Shown here: positions 17,821-25,169 of the stretch, one piece after another
Numbering within the stretch: the stretch's first letter is position 1
Layout: each line of letters starts with the position of its first letter
Origin: a virus
Lineage: Duplodnaviria; Caudoviricetes
IMG/VR virus record: IMGVR_UViG_3300034053_000039
Span: 1 to 36,935 of that record
Length of the DNA: 36,935 nucleotides
Strand: one strand, 5' to 3'
Program-made: the position numbers and the translations under genes
The notes under the pieces: model-generated
The model's database searches: none
What the model was told of the DNA's origin: nothing
What the model saw: only the letters and a program-made list of their open reading frames with translations

Positions 17821-18200
17821 CACGCACCTCCAAGAATCTCATCCCGTCGAGCGACGGTGAGATACCCCTGCTGCACGAGATAACCCATGCCGGCCAGGGT
17901 GTCGGGGTCGTTGGAGTGGATCGTGTCGGCCTGCTCCAGCAGGCTGAAGAAGTCGTGCAGCACAGGGTCTGCGGCCCTCGCATTGCGGATTGGGATGCGC
18001 TCGCTCATCGTGAAGCGGCGCAGGAAGTCCAAGCGTTCCCACTGCAACACCGGGGCCGGCGTCACCGGCTCAACGGGGTCGGGCTCGGGCGTGTGGTCGT
18101 GCGTGGCGAACTCGAAGCCGACCCATGGCTCGGGCTGTGCCGAGGCGTAGCGGTAGACCTCGGCGCCATCGGACTTGCGTGTGACGATGTAAGTGGTCAT
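17820..18200 (-). CDS. 126-aa probable fibre assembly chaperone-like protein
   Basis: GAAGG before the ATG at 18200. C-terminal LDFLRRFTMSER...GYLVQQGYLTVARRDEIL pattern is typical of small genes next to fibre genes. Confidence 0.72.
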   Translation of the reverse strand: MTTYIVTRKSDGAEVYRYASAQPEPWVGFEFATHDHTPEPDPVEPVTPAPVLQWERLDFLRRFTMSERIPIRNARAADPVLHDFFSLLEQADTIHSNDPDTLAGMGYLVQQGYLTVARRDEILGGA

Positions 18201-18207
18201 GAGGCCT

Positions 18208-18546
18208 TCACTTGCAGTAGATGCGTCGCTCCCAGCGATCTTTCGGCAACGCGCCGCTGGCCGACTTGGTGGCGTCTGGCAACCACTGGAGATTGATGAC
18301 TGTGTCGCAGCCGCCGCAGGCCAGCGGAATGACGTGGTCCAGCTCCCAGCCCGGACAACTGCCTCGCGTGCGCCCCGTTGATGGGCACGGGTGCTCGGCT
18401 CTGAACTCGCGCAGCACAGCCCGTGAACGAGCAATGCGGCCATCGCTTGCACGTGCGGCCGGTCCGCAGTAGCGGGGGTCTGCCGCACTTGCCTCGAAAG
18501 CGGCGAGCGCGAGCAATGCGACGGCGAACAGGATGGTGCGGTTCAT
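18208..18546 (-). CDS. 112-aa HNH-family nuclease with an N-terminal signal peptide
   Basis: MNRTILFAVALLALAAFEASA signal-like N-terminus, then HPCPSTG...CPGWELDHVIPLACGGCDTVINLQWL. TGATG overlap with the upstream gene. Confidence 0.85.
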   Translation of the reverse strand: MNRTILFAVALLALAAFEASAADPRYCGPAARASDGRIARSRAVLREFRAEHPCPSTGRTRGSCPGWELDHVIPLACGGCDTVINLQWLPDATKSASGALPKDRWERRIYCK

Positions 18547-18872
18547 CAGTCTCTCTCGATCGTCATCACCTGGTCGGGCTCCAGGTGGTTGCGGCCCTTG
18601 ATGGTCACGGTGAACTTCGCCGGCTGGGCCACATGCACGACGGCTGGCGGTGCTTGTGGCACGTTGACGTTCACGGTCGGCTGCAGCGCGCGGATGGCCT
18701 GAATCAGCGGCGTCAGGTCTTGCGCCTTGAGCGCCTGCATGGCCTCGACTGCATCGGCGACGGCCGCCTGAATGCCGGCCAGGCCACGCGCGCCGGTCGC
18801 CTTGTCGACAGCCTCGGCGATGTCGACCAGCGCCGTCTCGATGCGTTTGATCCGGGCGTCGAGTTCGGTCAT
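18546..18872 (-). CDS. 108-aa coiled-coil plus Pro/Val-rich hypothetical protein
   Basis: ATG at 18872 forms an ATGA overlap with the stop of the 1262-aa gene (alternative GTG at 18884). Strong codon bias. Confidence 0.8.
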   Translation of the reverse strand: MTELDARIKRIETALVDIAEAVDKATGARGLAGIQAAVADAVEAMQALKAQDLTPLIQAIRALQPTVNVNVPQAPPAVVHVAQPAKFTVTIKGRNHLEPDQVMTIERD

Positions 18873-21800
18873 GAGGTCAGACACGCCAGCAGGGCCTTGA
18901 GGCCATCGACGCGCTTCTCTGCTGCCAGCAGCAGGTCCTCGCGTGTCGGTTGCGGTTGTGGAGCGTGCTCAGCGGCTGCCGGCTCCGCAGCCGGCGCGGC
19001 AGTTCCATCGGCCGGCGCGGCGTCCTTCTTGACCCCAAAGAACTTGTCGCGCGCCGTGATGGCGCCGTGCGCGCGAATGGCATCGGCGGCCTGCGCATCG
19101 GTCACGTCGGCCGGGAGCACGATGGGCTCACCGCTCTCGAAGTCGACCATCGCGTACCGCTCGCTGAACGGCGTCCAGGTGCCGTCCTCGTTCTTGCGAA
19201 GCTCTACTTCGACGGAGGCTTTCGGGGTGCGGCCGTACTTGCCGATCACGCGCGGCGCGGCGGCATCCGTCGCCCCGGCTTGCGCGGGGGGTTGGGTCGT
19301 GACCGGGGCCGCCGCATTCAGTGCCGGATCGGCCGCGGGTGCAGGTGCAGCAGTAACTGGATCCGGCTGGCTGCGTCCATCAGGTGTCGCGGCACCGGGA
19401 TCCACTCCCGCGGGTGCAGCAGCGCCAGGTCCAGGAACTCGGCCGCTTCCGCCTGGCTGATCACGCCCAGCATCAGCGGGCGCAGCAGGTGCGGCGGCAG
19501 GCGTTGCCACGTCAGGCTGCAGCAGGTCATTGGTTGCCTTCGGCGTGTGCACGGCGGCGGCCTTGGCCATGTCCGGCAGCAGCGCCTTGATCTGCCCGGC
19601 GTCCATGCGCTGGCTGACCGATCCGATCAGCTTGTCGCCGTAGCCGTCCTTGAAGCTGCGGCGGTACAGGTCGGTTGCCTCGGCGGCTGTGTCGACGCCG
19701 GTGATGACCTTGTGCTCGTCGAACTTCCCGTCCGGGTGGTTCTGGTTGATGACCCAAAACGCCCCGTTGTCGCCCTTGTCGCCGATGAACAGATCGACGT
19801 GGTCGCCATCGGCGCCGGTGCTGCCGCGGATGTAGCCGTATGCGGCTGGCATTTTTACCGCCCACGGCTTACCATCACCAGGCTTCGATGTCCTGATTGA
19901 TCCTTTCGGGTTCTCGATTGACACATCCATGCCGGATATGCGCAGGTGCCCCTTTTTATAGTTACCTGCACTGATTTGGGCGTCAGTCGGAAGGGGGCTG
20001 TCGTTCGTCGGAGAAAGCGAAGACTCATGCCCGTAGTTCTCACCTGCGCCCACTGCAGCGCCACCGTTTTCAAGCGGCCATCGCAGGTCTGGTCCACGAC
20101 GTTCTGCAATCGCAAATGCAGGACTGCGCACCAACGCATCAATCGCTCTGCCGCGTACCGCGAGGTCTCTGTTGGTGGCAAGCGCATGTACGAGCACAGA
20201 CTTGTCGCTGAACGCGCGCTCGGACGCCGCCTCACTCCCAACGAGTTGGTTCATCACCGCAACGGGGATGGAATGGACAACCGCGTTGAAAACCTCATCG
20301 TCGTGGACCAGAGAAAGCACCGACTTGAGCACTCTTGCCTGGCTTGGGACATCGAGCGAGCCATAGCCATGGCGCAGCAGCGCGTCCGCACGGCTGACAT
20401 TGCCGTCGCCCTTGGCGTCACCTACAAGGCCGTCTATGCCGCCCTTCGTTCCCGCGGCGTTGTCGTCTCCGGGATTCGCGGTGTTTCCTGGGACGTTGAG
20501 CATGCCGCTCAACTCATCCGCGAAGGATGTTCGCTTCGAGAAGTTGCTCGGCGCGTTGGCGTCAGCAGCCACAGCGTCGTCTCTGCTCGACTGCGCTTGC
20601 TTGGGCTTCTGTAGGCCGTCCCCTGCGAGCCCGGTCCCGTCGCCAGCATCTACCGGCGCGCTTTGATCCTGCGGGGCGCCGGTTTCCGCTTCGCTCTTGT
20701 CGACCGCCTGCTGCAGGGCCTCGACGCTCTGTTCGTCAATCGGCTTCTGGAAGAACCCGCGCTTGCCGAACGACGCCACCAGCCGCGACAGGAACCCGGG
20801 TGCGTCGGCCGCGGGCACGCTGTTGGCGGCCTGAACGGCGCTCTTGGCCGCCGAGGGCTTCAGGCCGAAGGCCGCGGCGAGCTCGTCGAAGCGGCGCACC
20901 GCCGCGGCGCGGATCTCGGAGGGCGGCACGTCCTGCTGCGCCGGCTCCATGTAGCGCTCGATGGATCCTTGGATGCCAACCGAGCGGCGCTGCTTCACGA
21001 ACCCCGCGCCAACGTCGGCGACACCGCTCGGCGCTTCGGCAAGGCCCTCGACAACGACATCCAGCGGCTTGCTGTCGCCAACACCGGCTTGCGCCAGCGC
21101 TTCGCCGCCCATCCCGCCGCCGACCTCGACGCCTGCGCCGGCCGCTGCGCCCCTGACGGCCTGGCCGCGTGTCAGCGTGCCGGCAGCCTGGGCCTTGTGC
21201 AGCGTCCGGCCGAGCGCGCCGGCAAAGCCCATGGTGATCGAGTCGAAGGCGCCGACGGCCGCGCCGCGGATCCGGCCTCGGTTGTCGATGTCCCGCCTGA
21301 ATCCGCTGTCCTGCAGGAGAGTGACGACGGCGGCCGGGTCTGATGCGCTGACCCCGCGCTTCTCCATCTCTTCACCGAGCGCTGCCGCGTACTCCTGCGC
21401 GAAGCTCGCTGCGGCCGTCACCGGCATCCCGGCAACACCGCCGCCAAGCGCAGTGGCCAGCGATCCGGCCACCATCACCGGGGCCGAGCCGACTGCCGAC
21501 TCCAGCACCATCGACGCCAGCGCGCGCCAGTTCTGCGGCTGGGCAACGGCCGACAGCACCTTGCCCCACTCGCCGGTCTTGTTGGCGTCTTGCAGGCGAT
21601 CCAGGCCTGCCTGCGTGGCATCGGCTGGGGCCATCGCACCGGTGCGACGCTCGCCGGCCCGCAGTTGCTCGGCAAAGTCGCTGTCGCCCGTCGCGCCGGC
21701 CATCCACAGACCGGTATCGATCGTGCGCTTGACCTGCTCGCCGCCGCGGCGCACTGCGTTCAGCGCGTCGCGCGGCAGTGAAATGTCGGCCGCCTGGATG

Positions 21801-22657
21801 CTGTCCAGCCCACCCTGCCCGGCCAAGATCGCGTTGTCTGCCGGGCGGGTCTTCTGCGGAGCGAAGAACGGAGACCCGCGCGAAACGCCACGGGACTCGA
21901 TCTCGGGCCGCGTGATCTGCCAACCCGACGTGCGGAAGGCGTCGTAGACCTTCTGCGGGTCGGCACCTTCGTCCAGCAGGTTGACCGCTTCGTCGATCGC
22001 CTCGGCCTTGTTCTTGAACGGCATGTGGCCGCTCATGTAGCCTGCGCGGTCGCCTGCACGCTCACGCACAAAGCCACGGCCTGCCCCGGCCTGACCCTGA
22101 GCCTCGTCGGTTGGCGCTGGCTCGGTGCCGGCGACGTAGGGCAGCGCCTCTGACCGCAAGCCCCCCTGGCGGCGCCCACGCGGCACGGCCGCATCCAGCC
22201 CTGTCGGCTGCGCATCGGGCGGCCTGGCCGGCGCGTCGACCTCGCCCGTGATCCCGCGCGCCTGCTCCGGCGTGATGCCGCTCAGCGACGGTTCAGGCTG
22301 GCTGCGGCCTTCGGACAGTGCCGCGCCGATGCGCGACATCAGGCCTGGAGGCTTCGGAGCCGGCGGCGGCGCTTGCTCGATCGTGGACGCCCACTTGTCG
22401 AAGGCCCCCACCTTTGGACTGGCCGCATCTGGTTCTGCCGACGGCGCAGCAGTAGGCGGTAATCCGGCAACGTTGCCGGATTTCTTCATGCGCTTGCTCT
22501 CGGCCCAGGCGCGGATGTCTTGTTCGGCCGCCTGCACCTCGGCCAGTCGAGCGTCCGCGGCTTCTGGCGTGGTCGGCGCCGGCGCATAGCGTGACTTTGG
22601 CGCCTGCTCAGGCTCAGCAGCAGTCGCCGCCCACTTGTCGAACGCGCCTGCGGCCAT
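18869..22657 (-). CDS. 1262-aa internal virion / polyvalent protein with an inorganic-pyrophosphatase-like (InPase) domain
   Basis: Uninterrupted ORF. Ala/Gly-rich hydrophobic helices typical of ejection proteins. PTDAQISAGNYKKGH...ENPKGSIR...YGYIRGSTGADGDHVDLFIG...FDEHKVITG at about 19560-19990. Confidence 0.88.
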   Translation of the reverse strand: MAAGAFDKWAATAAEPEQAPKSRYAPAPTTPEAADARLAEVQAAEQDIRAWAESKRMKKSGNVAGLPPTAAPSAEPDAASPKVGAFDKWASTIEQAPPPAPKPPGLMSRIGAALSEGRSQPEPSLSGITPEQARGITGEVDAPARPPDAQPTGLDAAVPRGRRQGGLRSEALPYVAGTEPAPTDEAQGQAGAGRGFVRERAGDRAGYMSGHMPFKNKAEAIDEAVNLLDEGADPQKVYDAFRTSGWQITRPEIESRGVSRGSPFFAPQKTRPADNAILAGQGGLDSIQAADISLPRDALNAVRRGGEQVKRTIDTGLWMAGATGDSDFAEQLRAGERRTGAMAPADATQAGLDRLQDANKTGEWGKVLSAVAQPQNWRALASMVLESAVGSAPVMVAGSLATALGGGVAGMPVTAAASFAQEYAAALGEEMEKRGVSASDPAAVVTLLQDSGFRRDIDNRGRIRGAAVGAFDSITMGFAGALGRTLHKAQAAGTLTRGQAVRGAAAGAGVEVGGGMGGEALAQAGVGDSKPLDVVVEGLAEAPSGVADVGAGFVKQRRSVGIQGSIERYMEPAQQDVPPSEIRAAAVRRFDELAAAFGLKPSAAKSAVQAANSVPAADAPGFLSRLVASFGKRGFFQKPIDEQSVEALQQAVDKSEAETGAPQDQSAPVDAGDGTGLAGDGLQKPKQAQSSRDDAVAADANAPSNFSKRTSFADELSGMLNVPGNTANPGDDNAAGTKGGIDGLVGDAKGDGNVSRADALLRHGYGSLDVPSQARVLKSVLSLVHDDEVFNAVVHSIPVAVMNQLVGSEAASERAFSDKSVLVHALATNRDLAVRGRAIDALVRSPAFAIAERRGPDLRWPLENGGAAVGAGENYGHESSLSPTNDSPLPTDAQISAGNYKKGHLRISGMDVSIENPKGSIRTSKPGDGKPWAVKMPAAYGYIRGSTGADGDHVDLFIGDKGDNGAFWVINQNHPDGKFDEHKVITGVDTAAEATDLYRRSFKDGYGDKLIGSVSQRMDAGQIKALLPDMAKAAAVHTPKATNDLLQPDVATPAAAPAAPADAGRDQPGGSGRVPGPGAAAPAGVDPGAATPDGRSQPDPVTAAPAPAADPALNAAAPVTTQPPAQAGATDAAAPRVIGKYGRTPKASVEVELRKNEDGTWTPFSERYAMVDFESGEPIVLPADVTDAQAADAIRAHGAITARDKFFGVKKDAAPADGTAAPAAEPAAAEHAPQPQPTREDLLLAAEKRVDGLKALLACLTS
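19318..19530 (-). CDS. Nested +1-frame gene (70 aa) inside the 1262-aa gene
   Basis: GAAGG 7 nt upstream of the ATG. Almost all codons in this frame end in G/C (CTG CCG CCG CAC CTG CTG CGC...), while the host frame shows many T-ending Ala/Pro/Asp codons. Confidence 0.7.
   Translation of the reverse strand: MTCCSLTWQRLPPHLLRPLMLGVISQAEAAEFLDLALLHPREWIPVPRHLMDAASRIQLLLHLHPRPIRH
20027..20614 (+). CDS. HNH homing-type endonuclease (195 aa), antisense and fully nested in the 1262-aa gene
   Basis: N-terminal zinc ribbon CAHC...FCNRKC, HNH core YEHRLVAERALGRRLTPNELVHHRNGDGMDNRVENL, and two C-terminal HTH-like repeats (WDIERAIAM..., WDVEHAAQL...). ATG 20027, TAG 20612-20614. Confidence 0.92.
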   Translation: MPVVLTCAHCSATVFKRPSQVWSTTFCNRKCRTAHQRINRSAAYREVSVGGKRMYEHRLVAERALGRRLTPNELVHHRNGDGMDNRVENLIVVDQRKHRLEHSCLAWDIERAIAMAQQRVRTADIAVALGVTYKAVYAALRSRGVVVSGIRGVSWDVEHAAQLIREGCSLREVARRVGVSSHSVVSARLRLLGLL

Positions 22658-22660
22658 TGC

Positions 22661-23785
22661 TCAGTCGGCCTTCGCGGTGGCCTTGAAGCCCATCTTCGCC
22701 GCTGCCGCGTTCATTGCCTCGCTCTCGCTGGCATCCGGGTACTGGCGCAGGTAGGCCTCCATGCCCTCGACGATCTTGGCCGTGGCCGCGCTGCCGACCC
22801 GCTTGGAGCCCCACCCGCCTTGGGTCAGGTCGCCGAACGAGTCTTCGACCATGGTCAGGCGCTCCTTGGTGGACAGGCGCTTGCCAGTACCGCCAGGGCC
22901 GGATCCGTCCTTGCTGCTGCGCTCCTTGGCCGCGGCCAGGCCCAGGTCGGCGGCATACCGGCGCGCGTCGGCGCCCAGCCTGGCAGAGCCCAGCGTGGCG
23001 TTGGCGGTCGTGGTCGTGCGCCTCTGCGCCGCCGCGTTGTTCACGTCAGCCAGCTCCAGCCCGTACTTGTGGCCAGTTTCGAGCTCGCGGCGCTTGTTCT
23101 CGCCCTTGACGCCCTCGGTCTGCCGAGCCTGGGATCCCTTCTCGCGCTCGACGATGATCTTTGACTGCGCCTCGGCATCGGCCTTGGCGCGTTCGAAGTT
23201 CAGCATCGCTTCGCGCTTGAGCGCGTCCGGGTCCAGCGACAGTTTGATCTGCGCGACAAGCTGCTGCGGGTCCAGCACGTGATTGGTGCCGTCCGACAGC
23301 GTGAGTTGCAGTTTCTTGCTGCGTGCCGGAAGACCCATGACCGCATCGGCGCCTTCGATGTACTCGCTGCCCTTGATGGTCTTGCCGTCGAACAGCGTCG
23401 GGTAGACCTGGCGCGCGAGCTTGTCCACATCGCCGTCGATCTGGTACTGCTGAAGCGCATCGGCCCGGGTGCGCAGCCGCATCGGCGCGACGCGGGCCTC
23501 GTTCTCGAGGAACTGATCCCACAGCCCTGCCTTGGCCAGCGCAGCGCCCCGGGCCTCGGCCGCGCGGAACAGCGTCTGGCTGTTCGGGCGGTACTCGCCC
23601 TGTGCGCCGTTCAGCGCCCACTCGGCCTTGCTCTGCTCGATCACGCCGGTGGCGGCCTTGTTCGACGCATCAATGGCCTGCTTCTGCGCCTGCTGGCGGG
23701 CGATCTGCTCTTCTCCGCGGCGCCACTGAACGCCCTGCTCGTACGACCGCAGCGCAGCCTGTAGACCAAGTGGGTCTTTGTCCAT
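22661..23785 (-). CDS. 374-aa probable internal virion (DNA ejection) protein
   Basis: Likely start MDKDPLGLQAAL, 1 nt after the upstream stop. Helical Q/A/E/K-rich composition, located between two similar genes. Confidence 0.75.
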   Translation of the reverse strand: MDKDPLGLQAALRSYEQGVQWRRGEEQIARQQAQKQAIDASNKAATGVIEQSKAEWALNGAQGEYRPNSQTLFRAAEARGAALAKAGLWDQFLENEARVAPMRLRTRADALQQYQIDGDVDKLARQVYPTLFDGKTIKGSEYIEGADAVMGLPARSKKLQLTLSDGTNHVLDPQQLVAQIKLSLDPDALKREAMLNFERAKADAEAQSKIIVEREKGSQARQTEGVKGENKRRELETGHKYGLELADVNNAAAQRRTTTTANATLGSARLGADARRYAADLGLAAAKERSSKDGSGPGGTGKRLSTKERLTMVEDSFGDLTQGGWGSKRVGSAATAKIVEGMEAYLRQYPDASESEAMNAAAAKMGFKATAKAD

Positions 23786-23786
23786 G

Positions 23787-25094
23787 TCACGTCCCCGGTT
23801 TGGCGTCGAACAGGCCCATGCCATACACATTCGTGAGCGTGCCGAGCACGCTGCCGAAAATGCTGTTCTGGTACTGGGTGTTCTGGTTCTGCGCGTTTGC
23901 GCCGGTGGTGGCCGCGCTGTTGGCCACACTGGTGTTGGCCGTCGCCGTATTGGCCGCTTGCAGCCCAAGGTTGGCGTTGCCGCGGCCGAAGTTGGCCACG
24001 CTGTTCACCAGGTTCAGCCCGGTCGCCTCGGTGTCGCGCCTGGCCTTGTTGGCGGCGCCGGCCTCGTCCTTGGCCTGCGTCAGCCGGCTCGATGCACCCA
24101 GGGCCTGGATGGTGCTCGGGTCAAGGCCGGCGCGCACCATGTCGCGCTCGGCCTCCTGGCGCTGCTGGTCGTAGCTGCTCGACACCAGGCCCACGGCTTC
24201 CGTGGCGGCCCGGTCGCGCCGCTCAGGCGTGTCGTAGTTCGCCGCCGCCGTGGCCAGCTTCTGCTCGAGCGGACGGAACGTGGCCAGGTAGTTCTGCCAC
24301 ATATCCTCGCTGCGGTTGCTGTTGCGCGTCTGCTCAGTGATCATGGCGTCGAACAACTGATCGAACCGGCTGGTATCAACCGGGTCGGACATCGTCTCTG
24401 CCGTGACCCCGGAAACTACAGCCCCAGCGCCGATGCGGGCCAGGGACTCCCATCCGTTGGTCGCCGCCAACCCGGCGCCGGTCTTCGCTGCACCAGACCC
24501 AGACGCAGCCGTTGATCCGTTGCTTGTGGCAGAGCCGCCAAAGTCGGTGCCGTTCCACGCGCCGGTCGTGCTGCCGCCGCCAGCGGCGGAAGCATTCGTG
24601 AGGCCAGCATCGCCAAGTTGCGTGAGGCCAGTTTCGGTGCTGGTGAAGCCGTATCCGCCGGCCTCGCCGAGTGCCTCTGGGGCGGCGGCCTCAAGGCCGT
24701 TCGCTGCACCAGCGGCGTAGTAGCCGCCGACAGACGCCGCGATGAACTTGGCCAGCCCCAGATTCGTGGAGTCGCCGCTCGACGGCCCGATGTAGTTGCC
24801 CTGGTCGTCCCACACGTCGGTCGACTGCACGTCCCACGCACCGCCGCTGGCGTTGCCGTAGATGCGCGTACGCGGAGCGCCGAACTGGTCTGGCCCTGAA
24901 GGGCTGCTGCCGATGACATCGCGGCGCCGATCAACCGTAAATCCAGCCAGGTCGCCGCTGCCTGTCCACTGCCCGAAGTCGGTGCTGTTGTTTGACGTGC
25001 CTGCGCTGCCCTGCACCAAAGCCAGCAGGCGCTGCAGTTGCTCGGGCGTCAGGTTTGCCACTCTTTGCTGGGTCGCGTCCGACAAGCCGGCCAT
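23787..25094 (-). CDS. 435-aa probable ejection/pilot protein
   Basis: Gly/Ala/Asn-rich with a C-terminal hydrophobic Gly-rich tail (FGSVLGTLTNVYGMGL). FRPLEQKL...ANYDTPER core. Purine-rich SD-like GAGAGAG. Confidence 0.75.
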   Translation of the reverse strand: MAGLSDATQQRVANLTPEQLQRLLALVQGSAGTSNNSTDFGQWTGSGDLAGFTVDRRRDVIGSSPSGPDQFGAPRTRIYGNASGGAWDVQSTDVWDDQGNYIGPSSGDSTNLGLAKFIAASVGGYYAAGAANGLEAAAPEALGEAGGYGFTSTETGLTQLGDAGLTNASAAGGGSTTGAWNGTDFGGSATSNGSTAASGSGAAKTGAGLAATNGWESLARIGAGAVVSGVTAETMSDPVDTSRFDQLFDAMITEQTRNSNRSEDMWQNYLATFRPLEQKLATAAANYDTPERRDRAATEAVGLVSSSYDQQRQEAERDMVRAGLDPSTIQALGASSRLTQAKDEAGAANKARRDTEATGLNLVNSVANFGRGNANLGLQAANTATANTSVANSAATTGANAQNQNTQYQNSIFGSVLGTLTNVYGMGLFDAKPGT

Positions 25095-25169
25095 GGCGCT
25101 CTCTCTCGTGGTTGGTTGAATCTACGGCCCGAATTGGCCCAGATCGTGGTTTGCCTCAAAGACCCCGTT

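Noticed and set aside
19918-19962. Canonical sigma70 promoter TTGACA...TATAGT for the HNH gene
   Set aside because: The spacing is 33 nt rather than about 17, so it is not called as a feature.
19990-20660. Group I intron or intein around the HNH gene
   Set aside because: The host frame is open, the nuclease is on the opposite strand, there is little non-coding flank for a ribozyme core, and no intein terminal motifs were seen.
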